This document shows, in pieces, positions 25,279 to 36,891 of a DNA stretch of 64,000 nucleotides (position 1 is the stretch's first letter; each line of letters begins with the position of its first letter). Source of the DNA: Catajapyx aquilonaris (Eukaryota). Both the position numbers and the translations under genes were made by a program. The DNA is taken from assembly GCA_000934665.2 (NCBI GenBank), contig JYFJ02000166.1:124001-188000 (forward strand), written 5' to 3'. Under the pieces are notes generated by a model. That model did no database searches, was not told the origin of the DNA, and was given only the letters and a program-made list of their open reading frames with translations.

Positions 25279-28200
25279 TAATAATAATAATAATATGCCT
25301 AAATTCAGAGAAGTCAGAACTTGCATGAACAACAACTTCAACAGGCAGAGGTTGATGATTTAAAACCCCATAACTGCAAGTTTATTGCTTTTGAGATAAG
25401 GAGAATGGGGAGAGACATGACCCACATTTTGGTTAAGTCCTCATGTTCCCCTGAACAGCAGAAGCAGGAAAGTGGACATGATTATTTTAGAAATTTAAAC
25501 TCTTGAATCTAGATGATGTAACTTATTACTTTCATTACATCTCCTGAAGGTGTTGTGCAATTGGAATGTACACTGTTTTCAGGGAGGAAAATTGGAAACA
25601 ATTGCTGTTTTCAGTCACGAGTAGTTAATTGTTAGTCATTTTGGCAGTGTGAGGTTCACGTATTTGGTCAAATAATGTAAATTATTGTGAAGAAATTTGA
25701 GGCCTTTTAACCAACTTGTACCGTACATCTTATTTGCGCTTGTTTGTGAATCTTGTCCCCTGATCACAAACTCTGCACTAGCCGTATGTTGCGGATGTAG
25801 TCAGGAACTTGTGTGCAGTATTCCCCCATTAAATGTGACAGTTTTTGCTGATGTTAATATTATCCTCATTTTCAGAGCAACGGTCCGATGCCTCCAATGG
25901 GTGGAATGGGTCCCATGATGCACTCGTGTCCCAACTCCATGATGGGAGGGTGCCAGCCCAACAATCATCTCCCACCTCAGGGCACCAATGGGGGTATGCT
26001 GCCTGGTGCTGGTCCTCCCAACGGAAAGGGTGGGATGGCTCCCATGGATGGTCCCATGATGCAGCCTGGGGGTGGACCAGGAGGTGGACCAGGAGGTGGG
26101 GGTGGGGGTGGTGGCCATCTCATGTCCAACAACATGGGAGGCCCTCCATCCAGCGGAAGTCCCCTCATGCATCCTGGCGGAATGGGGCATCCCGGAGGAG
26201 GTGGTGGAGGCGGCGGGGGAGGGAATGGAAGTGGTGGGAATGGAGGTGGTGGGGGAGGGGGCCCCAGGAATTCACACCCTGGGGTTGGAGGCCCAATGAT
26301 GCCAGGGCAACCTGGGACACAAGGACCCATGATGAACCCCATGAACACACCAAACCACCTCATGTCAATGCACCAGCCAACCACACTAACAGGTTAGATA
26401 TTTATTCTGGTTACTATTGATAGACAGTCATACGATGCATCGACAGTCAGGTGTAGGAATAAAAATAACTGATCTTGACATCATGATGATCATTGAAGTG
26501 AAGAAGAACCTGCACATACGATAACTTCTAGATCAAACATTGTATCCCAATTTTGAACCTGATACTTACTTGCAGGCGTGAAAGTTCCCGATGAAAACCT
26601 GACCCCCCAGCAACGGCAGCATCGAGAAGAGCAACTTGCAACCCTCAGGAAGATGCAGCAGATGCTTTTTCCCGAGAACCAAGTCCCACCCAACATTGTG
26701 GACAGCATGATGGGCATGGTTCCCGGTCCCGGTCCCGGTCCTGGAGGACCCCAGCAACAGCAGGGCGGTGCACCTCCGCAAGGGGCCGGGGGACCTCCTC
26801 ATTCTGGAGGGCCTCCACCTGGGATGATGGGAATGGGTGGGGGTCACCCACAAGGAATGATACCCACCTCCCAGGGGATGATGATTCCGCAAGGTATGAT
26901 CGGCAGCCCTGGTGGATGCTCACCTGGAAGCATGATGCAGATGATGCAGCAGAAAGGTGGACCAGGGACTCCAACTGGAATGATGCCCCAGATGATGCCT
27001 GGGGGTCCTGGACAATGCCCCGGGCAGAACCAGCAGCAGCACCATCCGCCAATGTCAGTGGCAGCACAGATGGAGTGGCAGAAACTTCAGGAGCAGTTCT
27101 ACGAGGAGAGGAAGAAGAAGGGCGGTGGGGCATGCAGCATGATGGGAATGCATAGCCCAGGGCCATCACCTCAGATGTGTATGGCGATGGGAGGGATGCC
27201 TATGCAAGGAGGACCTATGCAAGGGGGGCCCATGCAGGGAGGACCAATGCAGGGAGGACCCATGCAGGGAGGACCTATGCAAGGTGGGCCTATGCAGGGA
27301 GGGCCTATGCATGGAGGACCCGTGCATGGAGGCCCCATGCATGGAGGCCCCATGCAGGGAGGCCCCATGCAGGGAGGGCCCATGCAGGGAGGGCCCATGC
27401 AGGGTAGCCCTCTGCAGGGTGGACCCATGCCGGGGATGCCACCAAGGGGTATGACACCAGGACCCCACCAGAGGATGCAGGGGCCACCACCACCTTACCA
27501 CCAAACGCAACGGTCAGCCAGTGTTCCCATGACCAGCCCCACACCTCACTCACCTGGGGCCCTTACTCCAGGACTCTCCCTCCCCTCCCCAAGGCAGGGT
27601 CCAGGGGCAGCCCAGGGACTTAATTCACCTGCAGATCCTTCCCGGATGTTCCTACCTGGTGCCCAAGGCAATGCGAGGATTCCAGGCCCCAGCCCATCGA
27701 GCCTTCACAGCACCCCAATGGACTCACCCAATCCCAGTAGACTTAATCAGAGTAATCCAGGAACCCCAGTGCCATTGGGAAGTGGAACCCACCCGTCTCC
27801 CGGCTTAGGGAGGAAGGACAATGGTGGTCCTCCTCCTGGTGGCCCGCCAGTTTCGGACTACCAATCACCTGTGACACCAGTGACTCAATCGGCTGGCACA
27901 CCAACCTCAAGTCAGCAAGGGGATGGCATGTTTGGTAGGACGTTGCAGACCTTTGCGCAGAAGCAACAGCAGCAGACTCAGCAACAACCTGGACCTTCTC
28001 CACAACAGCAGCAGAACAAGGAACCCAATCTGATGCCAGTCCCATCTCCGCAGCAAATACAATACCTCAATGCATTTGAGGGACAGGAACTGACCATCCA
28101 AAAGCAGCCCAACACCAGTTTAAGAGACACTGACATCATGTCACCTTCCCTACCTCCAACCAGCATGGATAGTGGGATGCAGTCCAACGGGCCTGATTCT

Positions 28201-30765
28201 CAGGGGCCGCGGATGTCTGGGCCTAACACACCCCTCACACCGTCATCTTCCAATGACACGATGCCACCGAGATACGCAGCTGCTGGTGGTGGGGGTCCGC
28301 ATACCCCGCACACGCCTGGCAGTGACAGTGTGAACAGGTTTCCAGTTCCAAGCCCACAGTCAACACCAGTGGGTGTGGGCAACTCAGGAGTGGGCAACTC
28401 TGCCCCTCACACACCCGGGGGTGGTGACACCAAAAGTGGAGGTGGTGGAGGCAATACACCGCAGCAGAGGTTTCCCGGTCCGAGTCCGCAAGGAAGTGGT
28501 AGTGGGGGGCCACGGACGCCTGGGACTAGCCCACAGCAACAAATGCCTGATGGTATGGGTCCTCCTGGGAGGTTCAATCCTGGGAGTAACAATCCTAATG
28601 CAAACCAACCTGGTTCATTTGCACCCTGTGCCGGTGGTAAGTTCTCGGACATGTCGCCACCCACCAAAGTGGAAGGTCCCTCAGGCGGCCCTCCATTTGC
28701 GTGTGGGCAGCCGCAGCCACCAGAAAACCTTCCCCTTAACCCAAATGTGACTGGTGCAGTGTCAAAGATCCCTTTCGACCCAATCACCTCCATGGCGCAG
28801 ATGAGCCAGCAGTTGACCAGTGGTGGGGCTCCATCGCCAGGTGGCCCACCAGGTGGTCCACCTCCACCAACATCTCTTGGTGGTCCTCCACCAGGCATGA
28901 TGAACAGCATGGCAACCATGAACATGGGGGGAGTTGGTGGCATGGGTGTGGGTGGGGTCGGGGGTGTAGGCGGACCCCACATGGTCAGTTTCAATACATC
29001 GCTCCAGTCAATGCAAGGTCTGCAGCAGATGGGTGGGGATATGGGGGCAATGCAGTGCCCGCCTGTTCCAACCTCCTGTGGAGCCCAGGTTGGTGGCGCT
29101 GTAATGATGAATGCAGCAGGTGGAAACATGGGACCTGGACCCCAGACCGTTAACAACACATACGTGAATGCAACCATGACCATACAACAAATGAACATAC
29201 AAAACATGCCTCCTCACTCGTACGGTGGGGGGAATGGACCTCCCATGGGTGGGCAGGGGCCTCCTGGTGGCGGTCAGGGACTTATGCCATGTTCAGTGTC
29301 CCAGCCGCCAAGTGGCAGTGTTAGCTCGCCTCTAGTGTCTGGTGCAGTGTCGTCGCCCAAAATGGGAGGCCCAGGCCCGATGATGATGGGTGGCCCATCG
29401 AGAGGTGGCTCGTCACCATACCCAAACCCAGCTATGGTAGCTGCAGCTGCGGCAGCCGCTGCTGCAGCAGGACAGAGGATGATGGGCCCTGGAGGGCAGG
29501 CGGGTGGAGGTGGTGGGCCTCCTCCTGGCAGGTCGGCCCCAGGACCTAGTCCAGGGCCACCTGTGGTGGGTAGCCCTTACAACGGCACCAGTGTCCAAGT
29601 GAAAGCCAGTGCACCGAACACTATCCAATACCTACCAGCTGTGAGGCCACAGGGAGGTGCAGGTGGTAATGGAGGAGGCGGTGGCATGCCGGGGGGCCCA
29701 GTGGGACATGGTCCCGGTGGTCCTCCTCGGGGGCCACCCAGCCTGGAATTTTTGCAGAGGTTTGCCACCCCTCTCTCAGGGATGGATGGGAAGATGCCTC
29801 CGCACAACCTGCAGTACTTCCAGAGTGGCAACGGTGGGCCTCCTCAGCCTCACCAAGGTCCACATCCACACCCGTCTCACCCTCACCAGCACCAGCACCA
29901 GCACCCTCATCCGCACCAGCACCCGCAGCAGCAGCCTAACATGATGGGAGGGCCTGGTCACATGGGAGGACCCATGGGTCACATGGGGGGTCCCGGTGGA
30001 GGGATGGTGTCATCTATGGCGGGAATGAATGGGCCCATGGGAGGTGGGCCCCCTAGTGGAGGTTGCATGATGGGGCCCAATGGACCAGTGGGAATGAATG
30101 GGCCTCCCAGTGGTGGAATGGGTGGGCCTATGGGACCTATGGGACCCATGCCAGGACAGATGATGGTTGCCAGGACGTCAGCAGGGATGGGCCCCCATCC
30201 GCACCAAGGCCCACCTCACCCTCCGCCACACATGATGATGCGGCCAGGGAACCACCCAGGTGGGCCTCCTGGGCAGCAGATGGGTGGGATAATGTACAAT
30301 GTGGGCCCCCACCCGGGTCATCCTCACTCGCACCCTCACCCGGACATGTTTCAGTCTCAGCCAGGTGGGCCCCCAAATGGACCTCAGGGCGGCATGGGGC
30401 CCCACAACCACCACAACCATCAGATGATGGGTTCGGGACCCGGGGGTGGGTTTAGTGGGGGTGGTGTTCCTGGGAAAGGAGTGATGTCAATGGGCCCCCA
30501 CCCTGGCCAAGGGCAGGGGGGGCCCGGGACCCCTGACACCTCGCAACCTTTACCTCCCTCGATGGGCCAGTCGGGTGGGTTCAAGTCATCCCCGTTCTTA
30601 GGCCCCACCACGGCAGACCCCAACTACGCGCAGCAGTTCCACAACTTCCAGCAACAGTTGTATGCAACAAACACTAGGAGTCAGATGGGTGGCGGCGGGG
30701 GTGGGCCTGGACAAGGGCAGGGGGGAGGTGCTGCCCCTGGGCAGAACTTTTTCGGACCCAAGTGA
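3022..30765 (+). CDS. BCL9: BCL9/legless, long (5'-partial) model with N-terminal WHIM1-3 module; exons 3022-3121, 5829-5924, 11461-11515, 13213-13400, 13985-14654, 23792-24063, 24128-24349, 25876-26392, 26576-30765 (>2100 aa)
   Basis: All introns GT-AG with matching phases (0,0,1,0,1,0,0,1). One open frame through to TGA at 30763-30765. Contains BCL9 HD1, HD2 and HD3. Confidence 0.8.
5829..5924 (+). CDS. Exon, second half of WHIM1-like motif (VVVLKWLSDRVLDEKGEDLKEHLEQWWRPDDM)
   Basis: Acceptor ttttctttctttcggcag|, donor |gtaggg; 96 nt, phase 0-0. Absent from the ORF track. Confidence 0.8.
11461..11515 (+). CDS. Exon, WHIM2 motif (RGLCAGQDAFNNVYWYLD)
   Basis: Acceptor tccgtttcag|, donor G|gtgagt. 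Matches the R-x(4)-G-x-D-x(4)-YWY pattern of WHIM2/WSD. Confidence 0.85.
13213..13400 (+). CDS. Exon, end of WHIM2 plus WHIM3 (DLRLYRENNVKKASRRDWECVCVTYQDWVSFLKQFRKTTNVQERELYQYLNEDLFPLIEGQLK)
   Basis: Acceptor gtttcag|, donor AAG|gtgaga. GC3-rich codon usage. RLYRE...W-x-x-VC-x-T-x-x-DW...E-x-ELY resembles the RSF1/CECR2 N-terminal region. Confidence 0.85.
13985..14654 (+). CDS. BCL9: BCL9 exon, Gly/Ser/Asn-rich N-terminal region; internal Kozak ATG at 14096 (MIKESKE...)
   Basis: Acceptor ctgcctttag|, donor G|gtgagt. Coincides with ORF 14027-14731. gccaccATG at 14090-14098. Confidence 0.85.
15532..15556. repeat. (GA)n microsatellite
   Basis: Direct reading. Confidence 0.9.
23792..24063 (+). 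CDS. BCL9: BCL9 exon encoding HD1 (Pygopus-binding): QIFVFSTKRANMAAESVLQGQFPSIIAYHC
   Basis: Acceptor ttgttccag| (alternative in-frame cag 6 nt downstream), donor GAA|gtgagt. Motif matches legless/BCL9 HD1. Confidence 0.95.
24128..24349 (+). CDS. BCL9: BCL9 exon (KHPFKVQQFTRQNPAQWLN...GCWNQ)
   Basis: Follows a 64-nt intron; cgcccag| ... CAG|gtacga; phase 0-0. Confidence 0.9.
24546..25037. mobile_element. piggyBac-type non-autonomous element (MITE) in BCL9 intron, TTAA TSD
   Basis: TTAA|CCCTTAACTACGTAGGTGG ... CCACCTACGTAGTTAAGGG|TTAA. Subterminal repeat taactatgtaggtggggcctgagaggctccaa is mirrored at the right end. Confidence 0.85.
25207..25294. repeat. (AAT)n microsatellite with two AAC interruptions
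   Basis: Direct reading. Confidence 0.98.
25876..26392 (+). CDS. BCL9: BCL9 exon, Gly/Pro/Met-rich
   Basis: Acceptor attttcag|, donor G|gttaga; in frame with ORF 25888-26397. Confidence 0.9.
26576..30765 (+). CDS. BCL9: BCL9 last coding exon: HD2 (VPDENLTPQQRQHREEQLATLRKMQQMLFPE, beta-catenin binding), HD3 (AQMEWQKLQEQFYEERKKK) and C-terminal conserved blocks
   Basis: 1395-aa ORF; acceptor ttacttgcag|. HD2/HD3 recognised; further blocks KEPNLMPVPSPQQIQYL, FDPITSMAQMSQQL, NTYVNATMTIQQMNIQ, DPNYAQQFHNFQQQLYAT. Confidence 0.97.
27199..27423 (+). repeat. Coding 15-bp tandem repeat, 15 units encoding P(M/V/L)(Q/H)G(G/S)
   Basis: Units like cccatgcagggagga with third-position variation. Confidence 0.95.
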
Positions 30766-32833
30766 GGTTGTTAAATGAAGAAAAAAAGAAAGAAACTCAA
30801 TAAAGCAGGCGTGATAGGTGAGTGGGACCCTTCAAATTGTTTGGTTATTATTATTTGTTTTGAGTTTGAGTGCAGCTCCGTGTCACGTCTGTTGTGGACA
30901 GACACTAATATAGAGTGTTTTATTTTTGTGTGCGGGTTTTTTTGCGTACTGTTTTTTTTTTTTTTTGTGCATGACAAAGCAGGGCGTGGACTTGCAAATG
31001 CGATGAAAACGAATAGAAATGTAGGACGAAAATGGAGATTAATATGCCTTGGGGGCTGCTGAAGCTCAATTTATTAACTCAATAATTACTAAAACACATT
31101 AATAAACTGCACAAGAACCTGGGGAAAGACAAGTGAATATCGTGCAATAAAATTTTGACATTTGTAAAGTGTGGAAGACGTGACGATTTTTGATCCCATG
31201 GCAATAATTCAACGCGAAAACCAGAGCTGCACAATCATAACAAATAGTGTTGGAAGAAAAAAAAACAAAAACAAATTGCAGGTATTGTCACATAGGTTTT
31301 ATACAATGTGATGTGCTCAAAAAGTTCTGTTTTAAATGGTTATTATTTTTCAGTGTCCAGTGCCATGCAAGTTATTTTTTACTTCTGTGAATCACTTTCA
31401 AGGCAGTCCCTATTTTGTATAATTTTTATGGTGTAGTAGAGGTGCTTTCTTTTAGGAAGTTTGTAATTTTTTTGTGACAAGATCATGTGCAGCTGACAGA
31501 TTGTCTTTTTTAAAAATGTAGGTCCCCTCACCCAACCTCCCCCCCCCCTCCTCCCTGTAAAACGACACATGTAAAAAAGTTATAATTTTTTTCTCTATGA
31601 GATGACAGGAAATGGAGAAAGATGGCATGCTATCAGGTGTTCGTTTGTCTGCGTAACAAAATGCAAGAACGAAAAAAAAAAAAAAACAATGTGAAAAACA
31701 GTACGCAGGTCTACCTCACAGAAGGTGATAAGTGGTGCTTCTCTTAACCGATATTAAACGCATGCTTGAACGAAAAGGAACAGGACGTGATGTGTTTTAT
31801 GTGAAACGTGGAGCAAAGGAGCATGAAAAGCCGGACTACCCTCCACCTAGTGGAAATTAAATGAAGAAAAAGGGACAAATAAAGTGCGGGAACTGTAGAT
31901 AAACTGTTGGTTGATGCAACTCGGACACCCGCCCGCATTTTCCAAGTGCAAGTTTTGTGCAGTTAAAACTGAAGAAAAATAAGTGTACGACACGAACACG
32001 GACCTGGACGAAATGTGGCCATCATGAATTCACCTGTACATAGCCGCCCATTATTTTGTGCTCTTCATTTTCCTATTGTAGTAGACCTTTTTTTTAAAAA
32101 AACAACCTTATTATTATCACAGATAGTTGCTACCTCTGTTATCTGTGGACATGACTGCCTCTGTGAGGAAGGGCACTCTTTTTTTTTTCTTTTTTGTATA
32201 CAATTTTTTAATTATTGCTATTATTATAATAATATTATTTGTGTGGTCTGACCAGACATGTTCCCTTCATCACAGAGTTGTATCGCTGGCTTTTAGACTA
32301 AAAGAAGAAGAAATGGGTATTTAAAAAAAGAGAAACTGGGCCAGAATGGATTCTATTGTAGTAAAAGATGCGACCAGTTTGGTTGCACAGGCCCACATTT
32401 TGGCGAAAATGATAAAAAAATGATGCTGAACAGAGTACAATTGTCACTACAGTGTTATTGGAAAACATTTCTATCTTTTTATGCAAATAAACCAGCTCTA
32501 ACTGATATACATTCTCGTCGTATGAATCCAATATTTTTATCACCTCCTCTTTCGCTACATTAAAAATGGGGGGTATGGTAGATGCTGCTGCTCCTTACCG
32601 ATATAACATCCTGTCCTAGATTTCATATATAAACTAGTGACGTTCAGAATTCCAGCAATGTATAAAAAGATGTGACTTTTTTCCCCCGTACGTTTAGCAA
32701 CAACAAGGCTTGCTCTAAAAGGAAAGGACTATTTTTATTTTGTTCGGGTGGGTGAATGATTCATGGAACCGAAAAACCGCCCCCAACTTTTTTACAAGTC
32801 AGATTCACCTGAATCCTGATGCGCTTGTTTTAT

Positions 32834-32840
32834 TTCAGTC
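32834..32840 (+). promoter_or_regulatory. Candidate arthropod Initiator (TCAGTC) for the DUSP gene
   Basis: tttcagtcg lies downstream of an AATAAA at ~32486 (possible BCL9 polyA signal) and is followed by a donor-like AG|gtaaag at ~32877. Could equally be a splice acceptor. Confidence 0.3.
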
Positions 32841-33661
32841 GTGCCCTGGAAATAGCAGACATGAGCGCAATAGAAAGGTAAAGGTTGCACTATTAGTAAG
32901 AACGTAACAATAGGTGGAAGCTCAATTGTTAAATATAGCCCCAAGGACCGTCTTATGTTTATATGCCCGCCAGTAACACAAATGTTGACATTTCACTTTA
33001 AGAGAGAAGTGCTTGTGCTGCAAATGTTAACCCCAAGTTACGTAAGGCCAGCCAAATCATAGCGACTTTTCCGTAGGTCGCAAAGTTCTGGTTCAAGGAG
33101 TATTTTTTGAAGCTTTGGAAAGAAGCCCACTTGCTCATCTGTGACAGAAATAGAGCTGAGTTTGCTCTTAAATTTTTTGCTCTTGACACTGCGGTATTCA
33201 GGGCATTTGCAACTTCTCCGCAGGATGGTTGAGTATGTGGCGGGAGAGGGGAGCGGAGGAGGTGGTGGAGGGAGGGGAGGGAAGAGCAGCGCCAATGGGT
33301 GATGAGGTAACAGTAGTTGTGGAAGCCTCTTCCAAAATAAAGGAGGTAAGTTCCTTCTCTGTCCCTGAGAAAGTCACGTAAGGCATTTAGTTGGGTACGC
33401 AACGGTTTCTATTCTGGGCTCTTAATTAGTTTATTGCACCTTATTGAAGGGAAAGGACACTTAATTTTTGGGTGTTACATTGCATTACTTGCAGTGGTAA
33501 GCTTCGTGGTGAATTTTTTAATATACAATTGAATGCAATAAGTTTTGCGTCTTTTTTTGTGTATCTCTGATGGTTTTTGGACTCTCAGGTGTTTGTGGAT
33601 AACGTGTGCAACCCTTGATAGAGACATTGCTACATTTTGCATTGCAGATACAATTAGCACC

Positions 33662-35224
33662 ATGTCAACCGCATCATTCATTCGTCGATTCCCACCACGA
33701 GCATGCACCATTGATGAACTGCAGGAGCTAATCATCGAGCCTTCTGGTGGTGCTTACGTTCTTCCCTCCTCACCGAGTAATGAAGTCTATCCGGGGATCT
33801 TGATTGGCGATGCGTAAGTACTGTGCACATAATGGGTTTAGAAATGGGTACTTCACAATTTTGGTTTGCATTAGAAGGCATTGACATTTACCCATGCCAG
33901 CCCCTGTAATTCAGTGTCATTCTAACCACAATTTCATATTGCCATGAAACTCATTTTTACATTACTCCAAAACTGGTGGATTTAGTCCAACTGCCCTGTG
34001 CACCCTGACCCTGAAGGAGATGGGGGTGACCCACGTCCTAAATGCAGCTTATGGCCCACTTCGATGCAAGTACGGGTACAATGGCTTTGTGAGCACCAGC
34101 CAAACATACTATGAAGCAACTAGCATTACCTTCAAAGGAATCACTGCCATTGACTCCAATTCTTTCAACCTCGGGCGTTACTTTGAGGATGCAGCCGAGT
34201 TCATAGATGAAGCTCTGAGAGACCGTGGTAAATTACACATTTATTTTAACATAATTATGTGTAGATGTGGAAAATACAAACCTGCATAAATTGATGTAAA
34301 ATTTTCACGCTATGTACTTACACTGCAGCATGGACATAATTATTATGATAGCGTGTGCTTTTGCCTCACTAGTAAGAGGGAAGTGTGTGGACAACCCACT
34401 GGTCCACACACACTCGCAGACTGACCAGCTAAACAGGCTGCCCATTTCTAAACCCTGGCCAGCTTTATTTAGTGCTATTTGGGACTGGACTGACATTTAC
34501 GACCTTTCAGCTCATCTGCTTTAAACTGCGAGGGTTTGATCCAGTTGGGTGTGACTCACATACTGAATGCGGCCCATGGCACAGACTGGGAGAGATATGT
34601 GGACACTGGGAAAGAATATTACGAGTCCAGAGGGGCAAATGTGGAGTACATGGGGATTGAAGCAATGGATGTCACTGCTTATCAGTTACATGTCTATTTT
34701 GAGACAGCATCAGACTTCATTGAACAGGCTTTGGAACAGCATGGTACATTGCTTGCACTCTCCATCATACAGTACCAAATGTGGAGAAACCTTTTCCAAC
34801 TTGCAATTACTGTGTAACTTGCATAAAATACCTTATCACTTGATTACACCTGTGTTCTTGCCCAGACTGAAAATGTTTACAATGTTCAGTAACTGCCCCT
34901 TTTTGCATGATTGTTAATGCTCATATGCTTCGCAGAGTGTTCAATAGTTCTGTAGGCCTTGCGTTTCAATTGCCTTGCTCTTGTCACTCACGTAGATAAT
35001 ATTCTTTAGGAAAGGTGCTGGTTCACTGCAGAGAAGGGATAAGTCGCTCAGCCACGTTGGTCCTTGCCTTTCTGATGTTGAGACGAGGCATGACGGCACA
35101 AGAAGCAGTGAAGGCGGTGAGGGCCAAGAGGGAGATCATCCCAAACGAAGGCTTTCTGCTGCAGCTGTGCGAACTGAACGAAACGCTGTTGCAGCAGAGG
35201 AGGAACCAGAGCAAAACTTTGTAA
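33662..35224 (+). CDS. Atypical dual-specificity phosphatase (DUSP3/VHR-DUSP13/26-like); exons 33662-33813, [33986-34227 OR 34511-34743], 35010-35224; 202 or 199 aa
   Basis: [15 protein letters not shown](V/I)LNAA; catalytic [12 protein letters not shown] (HCx5R); [13 protein letters not shown]. Canonical splice sites. True start may lie in an upstream exon. Confidence 0.92.
33986..34227 (+). CDS. DUSP alternative exon 2A
   Basis: tttag|...G|gtaaat; 242 nt, phase 2 in / 1 out; [23 protein letters not shown]...[27 protein letters not shown]. Confidence 0.88.
34511..34743 (+). CDS. DUSP alternative exon 2B
   Basis: ctttcag|...G|gtacat; 233 nt, phase 2 in / 1 out; [23 protein letters not shown]...[27 protein letters not shown]. 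Confidence 0.88.
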
Positions 35225-36891
35225 CGCTTGTCCACATATTTAAAGGATTTGGTTGGGATGGGGATCAGGTGGGGTGTGGGTACAAAAATAATATGTGACC
35301 TACATGGAATTTGACTTGCGTTTTCTGCTTTCAAGTCCAGCATTCTTAATCTGGTGAATTGAAAGATGCCGTAAATTGGTGAAGGTGTCTCGTGCACATG
35401 AAACATCGTGCTAAGTTTGAGAAAACACTGCTGTAACAATTAGTTTTCATTTTTGAACTCCTCGATCTCACAATCAATATTTGTTTGTGGTGTCTAATTT
35501 ATATGTGCATTTAATGTTGAAATGCGCTAAAGGTAATGATCACAATCCATAGCTATGTATGAAGGGACAGGTTGTGAGTTTTTGAGAAACGGAAGATCTC
35601 TGCTAATAAAGTAAGGTCAGTAGAGTTTTGATGTTCCAGCCTAAACGGAATCAAGATGTATACTGATGTGATAGAAGCTGGGAAGGAAATAAATGCACAT
35701 TGCAAGAGGGATTTGCAGTGAAAATTATGACTCAGTTTTGTCCACATCTGTTCTTGTCTGTGTGACTCACAGGGTATTACAAACACCTGTGGGAGTAATG
35801 GGGATAATATGCAGGTTGTATTGCAGCACTTGCCTTTTTTTCTTGAATGGAGTAAGGAAGAAAACATAACTGCATCACTTAGGCACTTGGCTGGTGCTAT
35901 TGGCAGCTCCAAATTGGCATAAACACGCATGTGCTGCCCACGGAAAAAGTTCCAGTGGAGTGGGTTAGCAGAAACGTCATTTCTCTAGAATGCGAAACTT
36001 GTTGCTACAGTTCCTATGACGTGGGCAAAAGGTACGAAATATGGGATGTGCATATGTGTGTGTGGAAGTGTATCTGTTGGCCGCAACCTGTCTCCTGCCC
36101 TGTGAAACTGTTTCGGATATCTCCAGTTATGTTCAAGATACAAATTCACAATACGTGACTAGTGTTGACATGGCCGATGGCTAAATGAACAGAAAGAACA
36201 TGGGTAAAATAGTGGTGTGGTGAGTTTTACTTCATTCTCCTATTATGAATATATTCCTTTTGAAGCAAGAAGCCTTCTCCAAAAAGGTTGACAGAAGGCA
36301 ACGTCTACAGCAGGTTGCTTGTGCTTCAGATTCTCATCACACTACTCCCAACTTGGCCAGACTGCCAGAGAGTAGTGGTGGAAATTAACCCTGGAACTGT
36401 GATGTGGGGGTCGTTTTTAAGGACCCGAAAGGAATTAAAATGCATTCGAATGAGTGACCTTGAAGCGATAATGACCTGACACTCGGTGTATGCCTTTAAA
36501 AAAAATTACATTTCATGGATCACGTCCGGTTTCATAATTTTCACACCTACCAAAACGGACTGTACATGAGTCGTTGTTTTTGGACCCATGCTCTCATCAT
36601 TGTAATTATCTATGTCGGTGGTTTTCAAACTGGGGCACGCAAACACAATTTTGGAGGCATGCGAATGATATTGCACAAAGGCGTCCAGTCTCTACATTTG
36701 TGGGAACCATAACATTCTGATTCAACAAGAATTAACCAACTTCTGAGAAATACACAAAAAATGATCCTATAACACACCTACTCATTCCCAGCTTTCTTTT
36801 TGCTTCAAGGGCTTCAAGACCAATACCTTTCATGTGCAAAACAAAATTGAATGCGTCTGCGTGGCCTGACCAGTCACCTGTATAATTGATA

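Noticed and set aside
25118..25363. Poly-N/I/L ORFs (and poly-Y at 39442-39663)
   Set aside because: Translations of (AAT)n microsatellites.
27199..27423. Regular repeat array as possible CRISPR
   Set aside because: No spacers, lies in frame within a coding exon, and the DNA is eukaryotic.
25977..30623. Numerous antisense and alternative-frame ORFs over the BCL9 exons
   Set aside because: Shadows of GC-rich Gly/Pro/Met codon repeats; no independent splice or domain evidence.
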